DNA of 56,528 bases from Mailhella sp. (GTDB lineage Bacteria; Desulfobacterota; Desulfovibrionia; Desulfovibrionales; Desulfovibrionaceae). The stretch covers positions 1-56,528 of the forward strand of contig JAHHTE010000001.1 in NCBI GenBank assembly GCA_020024815.1. The letters run 5' to 3'. Under the pieces are notes generated by a model. That model was not told the origin of the DNA and made no database searches. It saw only the letters and a program-made list of their open reading frames with translations. The translations under genes were made by a program, and so were the position numbers. Shown here piece after piece: positions 49,826 through 56,528 of this stretch; position 1 is the first letter of the stretch, and every line of letters starts with the position of its first letter.

Positions 49826-50380
49826 ATGGCTAATGTTGGTTATATTAGAGTAAGCACCACTGACCAAGAAACAGGAAGACAACTTGATAAAGTTGTTCTT
49901 GATAAGGTTTTTGAAGAAAAAATAAGTTCTGCAACACCTAATAGACCAATATTAGCCGAATGTTTAAACTACCTTCGTGAAGGTGATATTTTCTATATTC
50001 ACTCCATAGATAGACTGGCTAGAAATTTGATAGAATTACAAAATATTGTTAGCTCATTGGTAGATAAAGGAGTAGAAGTACGCTTTTACACGGAAAACTT
50101 GACCTTTTCAAAAGGTTCTTCCCCAATGCAAGAACTCATGCTCCAGGTACTTGGTGCGTTCGCCCAATTTGAACGTAAACTCATCAGAGAACGCCAACAA
50201 GAAGGCATAAATAATGCCAAGAAACAAGGAAAATATTTAGGCAGACCTAAGAAACTTTCCGATGAAGACAAAAAACTTATTCTTGAAATGTATAACGACG
50301 GCTGTACTCCAAGCTTTATTGCGAATAAATTTGATGTATCAATTTCTTCAGTATATAAGATAATAAAATATAAATTATAA
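49826..50380 (+). CDS. Serine recombinase (resolvase/invertase family)
   Basis: VGYIRVST, SIDRLARN, FAQFERKLIRERQQEG, GRPKKL, C-terminal HTH. Confidence 0.95.
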   Translation: MANVGYIRVSTTDQETGRQLDKVVLDKVFEEKISSATPNRPILAECLNYLREGDIFYIHSIDRLARNLIELQNIVSSLVDKGVEVRFYTENLTFSKGSSPMQELMLQVLGAFAQFERKLIRERQQEGINNAKKQGKYLGRPKKLSDEDKKLILEMYNDGCTPSFIANKFDVSISSVYKIIKYKL

Positions 50381-50480
50381 AAGAATATGATGATAAAAAA
50401 TTAATTTTAGGAGTAAGGAGCTAGAATAGAAAATTATCAATATTAATATATAGAGATAAAAATTGTTCCCTTTATAACCG

Positions 50481-50532
50481 TTATAAATTGATAGGATTAA
50501 GTTAAAAAACACTTAATTCTATCAATTTATAA
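50481..50532. terminator. 22-bp inverted repeat between convergent recombinase and yoeB genes
   Basis: TTATAAATTGATAGGATTAAGT / ACTTAATTCTATCAATTTATAA with one G-T pair. Confidence 0.65.
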
Positions 50533-50558
50533 AATGATAACACAGTAGATTCTAATAA

Positions 50559-50822
50559 TTAAAATTCATAATGTGTCCACATACTGATTATTTTTACAAC
50601 TTTTTTTTCCTCAAGAATTTCATAAACAAGTCGATGTTTATTATTTATTCTCCGAGAATACGCTTTTTGCAATTTTCCTTGAAGTTTTTCATAGCTTGGC
50701 GGTGTTGCATAAGGATTTTCTTTTAAAATTTCCAATAAATTTTGAGTAATTCTATCTAATTTAGCTGATTTCAGTTTTGGAATATCATTGACTGCTTTTT
50801 TGGTATAAACAAGGGAATACAC
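50559..50822 (-). CDS. yoeB: Txe/YoeB family toxin
   Basis: YEKLQG...YSRRINNKHRLVY...WTHYE. Confidence 0.93.
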   Translation of the reverse strand: MYSLVYTKKAVNDIPKLKSAKLDRITQNLLEILKENPYATPPSYEKLQGKLQKAYSRRINNKHRLVYEILEEKKVVKIISMWTHYEF

Positions 50823-51070
50823 TACCAGTTCACCTCATCTTCCTTGATACATTCTTCTATTGGAGTATTTAAACCTTCAATAATTTTTTCTTCCATCCCT
50901 GGAATTGACATCAAATATAAAGTTTCCTGCAAGCTTCTATATTCATCTTCACTAATTAAAACTGCATTTCCATTTTTAGTATTTATATTTACAGGCTCAT
51001 TATATTTAATTGTTTGCTCTAATAATCCAAAAACATTTTTTCTAAAATTTGTTGCTGTAATTGAAATCAT
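50822..51070 (-). CDS. yefM: Phd/YefM family antitoxin
   Basis: NAVLISEDEYRSLQETLYL motif. Confidence 0.93.
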   Translation of the reverse strand: MISITATNFRKNVFGLLEQTIKYNEPVNINTKNGNAVLISEDEYRSLQETLYLMSIPGMEEKIIEGLNTPIEECIKEDEVNW

Positions 51071-51086
51071 ACTTATAACCTCCGTT

Positions 51087-51125
51087 TATATTATGTACAA
51101 TATCATGTACATAATATAGGGTCAA
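51087..51125 (-). promoter_or_regulatory. yefM-yoeB promoter/operator
   Basis: TTGACC-17 bp-TATTGT on the minus strand, overlapped by two TGTACA palindromes 12 bp apart (51094, 51106), the arrangement known for YefM operators. Confidence 0.75.
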
Positions 51126-51139
51126 GAAAATTATATATC

Positions 51140-53188
51140 TTATCTTGACATTCCTTGTGATTTACGAAGATATTGAGCAGATTTGGCATGAAGAATGTTT
51201 TTATTAATGCCCTTGTTTTGATTAAATTGTAATTTTGGTAATCCATTTTTTACAGAAAAATATTCACTAGCTAAGTCTTTTGCTTGGTCGGTGAAGACTA
51301 TACTTTTACCATCGTCAACGATTTTTCCTTGTGGAGTATTATAAATAATTGCTCCAGTTCGAGAAATTTTATACTCAACTGGTTGTTTAAGGATTGACTC
51401 CATGATTTGAATATCAAGAAGTTTTTTCTTGATTTGATGAGAATAATCTTTTGATTGTAAAATATCTTGCTTTACCTGAATTTGTTCTTTTTTATTGATT
51501 AAGGATTGTTGATACTCTGATGTTTGATGAGTATCTTTATAAATACGTTGTTCGTATTTCAAAATGGATAGTACTTCCTTGTTTCCATTGCTTAGTTCAT
51601 TTTGTAGGTAACGAACAAAGTTTTTTTGATTAACCTCATAATTTTCCTTTAGATCTTGAACTTCTTCTATGTATTGTGCAGGACTAAGGATTTTTCCTTG
51701 CATATCAAGCTTTGCAAGTTTATAGGCAATAGCTTGATCTTGCTCAAAGGATTTCCAAAAAGACGTGCGTATTTCATCATAATTGATAACTTCTTTCTCT
51801 TTTTCTTCTGCTTCTAAAACAGATAAAGCCTTTTCATTCCCATTAGCAATTTCACTCTTAAGATAGCGTGTAAAATTTTCTTGTGTTATAGCATAATCAG
51901 TAGCTAATGCCTTTATTTCTTCTTCTCTTTGCTCTGAAGTAAGAACTTTACCATGCAAGTTATTTTTAGCAAGGTGTAAAGCTTGTTGTTGGTCTTTGAT
52001 AAAAGCAGTCCACAACTCATCTTTATAAGGGATAATCTTCGCCTTCTTTGACTGAAGAACTTTCAATGCAACTTGATCACCTGCAAGAGCTTTGTCTTGC
52101 AAAAATTTAAGCCAGTTTTTTGTTTGTTCTTTGCTTAGCTGTAAGCGAATTGTATTTATTTCTGCACGTTCTTTATTTCGGACAATTTTCATCAATTCAT
52201 TTTTGGTTTTTCTATTTACTCCAAGTAAAACAATTTTCATTTTTTCTTGATAAAATTTATCTTTTATTGCTTGTATTTCTTCTGCTCCATTTTGTTTTAT
52301 GAACTCTTGCCATAAAGCTTTCATTTCTGGATTTTGTTGAGCAGGTTTACGTTTGAACGTCAATTTAGGCTCTATTTTATCAATATCCTTTGGAGCAACA
52401 TATTTGCCAAATTTTTTGGAAAGATTTCCAAGAGAAAAAGCTTTATCAAGTGTACTTGCTTTTATTGTTTGTTTGCCATTAGCATTTTTAATAACCAAAC
52501 CATTGCCATGTGGCTTTAGGCGAAGTCCATACAACGCAAATGCTGTATGAACTTCTTGCCAATCTTTTGCATTATTGACTAAATCAACCAATTCATCATG
52601 TTGATTATGGCAATATCTTTCAAAGCTTTCTTCTCCAGTTTGGGCTTCAACTCGTGCTGATGTATCATTGAGCTTTACGGATATATCCTTTTTGTCAATG
52701 CCATTATCTATGGCTAGATTATATTTTTTCTCTATTTCACGACAAATAGTATCACGGATTTTATAATCACGATATGGCTCATATCGTGTATGCTTGACAG
52801 GGTGAATCATATTATATGCAATATGCATATGCATATTTTCCGTATTAATATGAACACCACAATGCCTTTGATGTTCTTCAAAACCTAAAGCTTTTGCAAA
52901 TTCTTCTTCTATGTTTTTAAAATCTTCTTCTGTAAGTTTTCCTTCGTCTTCCTTGCGAAAACTAATCACTAAATGATAAGTTTTTTCTTTAGTAGTACGA
53001 GTATTCAAGGCTTGTGTAAGCTCCACTTCTGTTATCGAAGATTCATAATCATCATTATCATAACAGCCTGCACTCCAAGACAATAAACACTTTTCTTGTT
53101 TATTAGACTTTTTTGCAGCTGCAATATAATCAGCAAGTCTTTTATAATTATCAGACTTTGCTTTACAATGAATATGCTTACTTATCAT
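51140..53188 (-). CDS. traI: TraI/MobA(P) family relaxase
   Basis: RLADYI, KTYHLVISF, HQRHCGVHINTENMHMHIAYNMIHP. Confidence 0.93.
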   Translation of the reverse strand: MISKHIHCKAKSDNYKRLADYIAAAKKSNKQEKCLLSWSAGCYDNDDYESSITEVELTQALNTRTTKEKTYHLVISFRKEDEGKLTEEDFKNIEEEFAKALGFEEHQRHCGVHINTENMHMHIAYNMIHPVKHTRYEPYRDYKIRDTICREIEKKYNLAIDNGIDKKDISVKLNDTSARVEAQTGEESFERYCHNQHDELVDLVNNAKDWQEVHTAFALYGLRLKPHGNGLVIKNANGKQTIKASTLDKAFSLGNLSKKFGKYVAPKDIDKIEPKLTFKRKPAQQNPEMKALWQEFIKQNGAEEIQAIKDKFYQEKMKIVLLGVNRKTKNELMKIVRNKERAEINTIRLQLSKEQTKNWLKFLQDKALAGDQVALKVLQSKKAKIIPYKDELWTAFIKDQQQALHLAKNNLHGKVLTSEQREEEIKALATDYAITQENFTRYLKSEIANGNEKALSVLEAEEKEKEVINYDEIRTSFWKSFEQDQAIAYKLAKLDMQGKILSPAQYIEEVQDLKENYEVNQKNFVRYLQNELSNGNKEVLSILKYEQRIYKDTHQTSEYQQSLINKKEQIQVKQDILQSKDYSHQIKKKLLDIQIMESILKQPVEYKISRTGAIIYNTPQGKIVDDGKSIVFTDQAKDLASEYFSVKNGLPKLQFNQNKGINKNILHAKSAQYLRKSQGMSR

Positions 53189-53504
53189 TTTTTATGGTAT
53201 CCACTAATGCCTTTAATTCTGCTTGCCTTTGGCGTATTTCTTTAAGTAATGGTTCAACTTTATATTTTTCCATGCCGTTTGAAATTGCCATTTTCAATAA
53301 ACCACCTAAGCGACCTAAGTCAGATGAAAATTTTAATAACTCCAAAGAAGAAGTTATATTGCTTTTGTTTGGAAGTGGCGTACCTAAACAAACATTTTTT
53401 ACAAACTTAGATATTGTTAATCCCGTTGCTTCACTGGCTTGCACAACTTGAGCATATTCTTCATTGGAAAGATAAGATTTTATTATTTTATATTTTTTTT
53501 TCAT
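53178..53504 (-). CDS. traJ: TraJ/MobC-like relaxosome accessory protein
   Basis: RHH-like N-terminus; DLGRLGGLLK motif; directly upstream of the relaxase. Confidence 0.85.
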   Translation of the reverse strand: MKKKYKIIKSYLSNEEYAQVVQASEATGLTISKFVKNVCLGTPLPNKSNITSSLELLKFSSDLGRLGGLLKMAISNGMEKYKVEPLLKEIRQRQAELKALVDTIKNDK

Positions 53505-53507
53505 AAC

Positions 53508-54386
53508 TTAATCATTTTCATTAGGAAGCATTGTAATCATTCCATGATAAATTATAAAAATACCTTTTAAATAGTCTTCTTCTGTTATAATTTCCTCAAT
53601 AAATAAGACTCCTGCTTGATTACAAATATAATTTTTAATTTCTTTTTCTGCTCCTCCTAAAGTCATGCTCCAAAGTTTCATTAGACCATAAAAGGCTTTT
53701 TCTACTAATTCTAACCGATTTGGATTATCAAGCCTTGGAAAAGGATGACGTATAGAAAATTTCCTTGCTTGTAAAATATTTAATATGTCGCGAATATCTT
53801 GATAAAAGAATTTTTCGTAAGACGGTACCCCCATTGTATTAAAGAGATATTCTTTAATACTGTCAGGAGAAGCATTATTAAGAAATGCCATAAAATCAAT
53901 AATACCTTGTATTCCTTCTTTTTCATACTGTGTTAATTGGATTGGTCGAGAAAAAACAGAAGATAATGGTAAGTTATCTTCAACTTCTTTATGGTCTTGC
54001 TTTTTTTTGCTCCGTTTTTGGGATTGTTCCAACAATGCTTTTTCCATAGCATTAAATGCTTCAATATAGGCAATTTTAAATTTCATGGCTTTCTTTCCAG
54101 TAAAACCCATTGCTAATAAAGTAAATGCATCTCTAGTGAGATTGTACATAGGACGTTTTTCACCTTTTGCGTCTGTATATTCAACGCCTTGAAAATTGAG
54201 GGCGTTGAAATCTTCTGGAACATCTTCAAGAAGTTTTTCAATACTTTGTAATACATTAAAATGTTCCTTACCAAAAACCTTAGCAACGTCCAAAGAACTT
54301 GCCACTGGAGTACCTTGTTCAGATATTGTAAGTTGTGGAATTACCATTACTTCTTCAATAGTTTCTTGATTTTCAATGTTACTCAT
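53508..54386 (-). CDS. Rha-family phage regulatory protein with C-terminal extension
   Basis: SSLDVAKVFGKEHFNVLQSIE...RPMYNLTRDAFTLLAMGFTGKKAMKFKIAYIEAFNAME. Confidence 0.92.
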   Translation of the reverse strand: MSNIENQETIEEVMVIPQLTISEQGTPVASSLDVAKVFGKEHFNVLQSIEKLLEDVPEDFNALNFQGVEYTDAKGEKRPMYNLTRDAFTLLAMGFTGKKAMKFKIAYIEAFNAMEKALLEQSQKRSKKKQDHKEVEDNLPLSSVFSRPIQLTQYEKEGIQGIIDFMAFLNNASPDSIKEYLFNTMGVPSYEKFFYQDIRDILNILQARKFSIRHPFPRLDNPNRLELVEKAFYGLMKLWSMTLGGAEKEIKNYICNQAGVLFIEEIITEEDYLKGIFIIYHGMITMLPNEND

Positions 54387-54421
54387 TTTTTTCTCCTAAA
54401 AAAAAATTTATATGATTTTTG

Positions 54422-54516
54422 CGTTGAGCCGAAGGCGAATAAGCTTAAGCTCCATGCAATGGCAGGACGTAAAGTAGTAACACTTTGAAAAAGTGGTACC
54501 ACTTTACCTGTCCTGT
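54422..54516 (+). promoter_or_regulatory. RP4-like origin of transfer (oriT); predicted nic between 54515 and 54516
   Basis: 18-bp imperfect IR (54469-54486/54490-54507) followed by CTGTCCTG^T, mirroring RP4 IR + CTATCCTG^C; upstream CGTTGAGC...GCGAATAAG also resembles RP4 oriT as recalled. Confidence 0.85.
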
Positions 54517-54848
54517 CTTTTTGACAAATTTCATTTTATAACATTTTTTTAGATTATTACAATAACTTTTTATAAATATTGTAAAATCTAAAAAATTCTT
54601 AACTATTCTAAAAAATAGGACAAATTTGCTTCTAACAGCTATAATTGAAAAATTAGCATGGTAATTTTTTATTGGTAAATCAGAAATAAAAATTTCTATG
54701 AATAAAAAACTAGATGAAGTAACCGAACTTGATTTTATAAATAAAAGAAAAAGATAATCTTACACTACTTCTGAGACAGATAAAACAGATGATATTATGC
54801 AATTATTGAATGAGACGTTGCAGGAAATTGAAGGATGGACTTAATAAA

Positions 54849-54881
54849 AAAGCAATGTAACTATGATAATTACATTGCTTT
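54849..54881 (-). terminator. Terminator downstream of brnTA
   Basis: AAAGCAATGTAA/TTACATTGCTTT stem with a T-run on the minus strand. Confidence 0.7.
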
Positions 54882-54909
54882 AATAACATATTTTAATAAT
54901 TGATTAAAA

Positions 54910-55173
54910 TTAATGTGTAACAGCTTGCTCTAATACCAAACGTATATAACGTGTATAAGGTATTCCTTCTGCTTTTGCTTTTACTTTTACAGCCGTTAAA
55001 AGTTGTTTAGGTAAACGCATATTTATTGTTGCTTCTTTTGGTTCAAATTCAAAATTAGCAGTTGTAAATGTTGATAGATCATATTTAGATAAATCAGCAG
55101 TATCTACAAAATATTCAGCTTCTTCATCACTTTCAAAAGAAGGCATTGCTTTAAGATTGAGTTCTTTTTTCAT
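54910..55173 (-). CDS. brnA: BrnA/CopG family antitoxin
   Basis: PSFESDEEAEYF...INMRLPKQLL...GIPYTRYIR. Confidence 0.85.
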   Translation of the reverse strand: MKKELNLKAMPSFESDEEAEYFVDTADLSKYDLSTFTTANFEFEPKEATINMRLPKQLLTAVKVKAKAEGIPYTRYIRLVLEQAVTH

Positions 55174-55447
55174 AATGCTTAATCTCCTTTTCATGCATAT
55201 ATCTTGCACTGATTGGACGTATAAAAGTTTTATTGTCAATTTCACGAAAAGTAAAAACTAAAAAAATATATCTACCCACAGCTGTTTTACCAATAACCCT
55301 TATTCGTGCTTCATAAGGAAAGGGATCAGTCATTATATGTGGGGAAAATAAAAATATTTCCTCTATCTCTTCTTTGGTTACGCCATGCTTATTGCACTTA
55401 GGCCAATTTCCTTTATCCCAGTCAAAACCTGAAACTTTAAAATTCAT
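55151..55447 (-). CDS. brnT: BrnT family toxin
   Basis: FDWDKGN...KHGV...IRPISAR. Confidence 0.92.
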   Translation of the reverse strand: MNFKVSGFDWDKGNWPKCNKHGVTKEEIEEIFLFSPHIMTDPFPYEARIRVIGKTAVGRYIFLVFTFREIDNKTFIRPISARYMHEKEIKHYEKRTQS

Positions 55448-55464
55448 TCACTTTTCTCCATAAT

Positions 55465-55496
55465 TTGTATATACAACAGTATATACAAATTGTCAA
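55465..55496 (-). promoter_or_regulatory. brnTA promoter/operator
   Basis: TTGACA-17 bp-TATATA on the minus strand, overlapped by two GTATATAC palindromes. Confidence 0.65.
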
Positions 55497-55539
55497 TTAT
55501 ATGAAATTACAAAATAAAAAAAATCTAAAAAAATCTTGA

Positions 55540-56400
55540 CTAAATATGATTATTTTGTGTATTAGTTAAAAGTGTAACGGCATACCTGTTCTGATTGGGG
55601 GCTAAGTGAGCATATCTCATGGTCATTTTTAAATCTTTATGACCTAATAGATTGCCCACAACCAATAAAGGAACTCCTTTTTGAACCAACCAAGATGCAA
55701 AAGTATGCCGTAATGTATGAAAAACAACTTTATTTCGGCGGTCAACAATATTTTGATTCAATGACGTTTTCTTAATTGTTTCACGAAATATTTTTGATAC
55801 CTGTAAAATTTGTTTTTCAGAAAAAAGATATTGCATTTGCTTTTTGTAATATTTTACAACAATTTTAAATGCAATATCATTAAGTGGAATTATCCTAGTT
55901 ACATTATTTTTAGTCTCAAATAATGTAATTGTTTTTTGTTCCCAATTTATATTTGTTGACTGCAATGAGAATATCTCACCTGCACGCATTCCAGTATGAA
56001 GAGCGAATAAGGTAATGTCATACCAAAGTTCATTTTTGTTGTGGAGTGCATCCAATAACAAGTCAGCTTCAGCTTGACTTAAAAATCTGACTCGAGCATT
56101 GTTTGTTATTGGCATTTCGAAGTGTGGAAGTTGTATTGACAATAAATCTAATTGAATAGCTCTATTTACAGACCGTCTCAATAATGACAAACAATGTTTA
56201 ATAGATTGTTGACTCAAGTTAGTTTTTGAAAGATATTGTCGATACTTAATTATATCTTTGGCACACAATGTATCAAAATCCTTATTACACCAATAAGGAT
56301 AAATATGACGATTATATCGTTGAATTTCTTTTTTGATACTGTTTGGTTTAAATTCCTTTGTGCCTAGATACAATTCCCATATTTCGTTAATTGTAACCAT
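55540..56400 (-). CDS. int: Tyrosine recombinase/integrase
   Basis: TGMRAGE, FHTLRHTFASW, LLGH...MTMRYAH; adjacent to attR. Confidence 0.95.
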   Translation of the reverse strand: MVTINEIWELYLGTKEFKPNSIKKEIQRYNRHIYPYWCNKDFDTLCAKDIIKYRQYLSKTNLSQQSIKHCLSLLRRSVNRAIQLDLLSIQLPHFEMPITNNARVRFLSQAEADLLLDALHNKNELWYDITLFALHTGMRAGEIFSLQSTNINWEQKTITLFETKNNVTRIIPLNDIAFKIVVKYYKKQMQYLFSEKQILQVSKIFRETIKKTSLNQNIVDRRNKVVFHTLRHTFASWLVQKGVPLLVVGNLLGHKDLKMTMRYAHLAPNQNRYAVTLLTNTQNNHI

Positions 56401-56462
56401 AATATAACTCTCCTTTAAGGGTTTTTATAAAGAGTTATATCGAATAATTATATTTTTAAACA

Positions 56463-56528
56463 AGGACAGCGGTCTTTCACGCCGTCAACAGGGGTTCAAA
56501 TCCCCTTGGAGACGCCAAAATTAAAAAT
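56463..56528 (+). repeat. attR (3' fragment of tRNA-Glu)
   Basis: 65/66 identity to 6318-6383; may extend beyond the window. Confidence 0.95.

Larger units (their letters stand above)
6318..56528. mobile_element. Integrative conjugative element (~50 kb) in tRNA-Glu, with P-type T4SS, MOBP relaxase and type IVb pilus
   Basis: Bounded by the tRNA 3' direct repeat; carries tyrosine integrase, relaxase, oriT, coupling protein, trb and pil genes. Confidence 0.95.

Noticed and set aside
54698..54844. Short plus-strand ORFs next to oriT
   Set aside because: About 20 codons or fewer, no clear RBS or motif.
56463..56517. Second tRNA-Glu gene
   Set aside because: Lacks the 5' acceptor strand and most of the D-arm; it is the attR duplication.
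1..56528. CRISPR array, rRNA, antibiotic-resistance genes; most short opposite-strand ORFs in the ORF track
   Set aside because: No regularly spaced repeats, rRNA-like sequence or resistance motifs seen; the short ORFs are antisense or off-frame shadows of well-supported genes.

Overview
The first ~6.3 kb is AT-rich chromosome: a partial ORF, an AGCS amino-acid symporter, two tandem Crp/Fnr regulators, a VOC-family protein, a decayed IS30 and tRNA-Glu(TTC). The rest is an apparently complete ~50 kb integrative conjugative element (ICE) inserted in the tRNA-Glu, bounded by a 66-bp att repeat (6318-6383 and 56463-56528). The ICE is a chimera of (i) phage-like integration, replication and regulatory genes (tyrosine integrase, HTH Rep-like protein, Rha, DUF1937-like), (ii) an IncP/RP4-type Tra/Trb conjugation system with an RP4-like oriT, (iii) an IncI-like type IVb pilus operon, (iv) a large methyltransferase-SNF2 helicase, a serine recombinase and three type II toxin-antitoxin pairs. 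The most notable signals: a complete type II hammerhead ribozyme followed by an antisense-RNA/leader-peptide module upstream of rep; two signal-peptide-bearing phage tail-collar/tail-fibre-tip proteins at the end of the pilus operon, one frameshifted in an (AT)n tract; a TrbH-like domain fused to PilL; an orphan paralog array with conserved sense/antisense overlap inside trb; an inverted lipoprotein at the trbK position; and an overprinted ORF in the helicase gene. All family calls come from recognising motifs by eye; no database searches were run.
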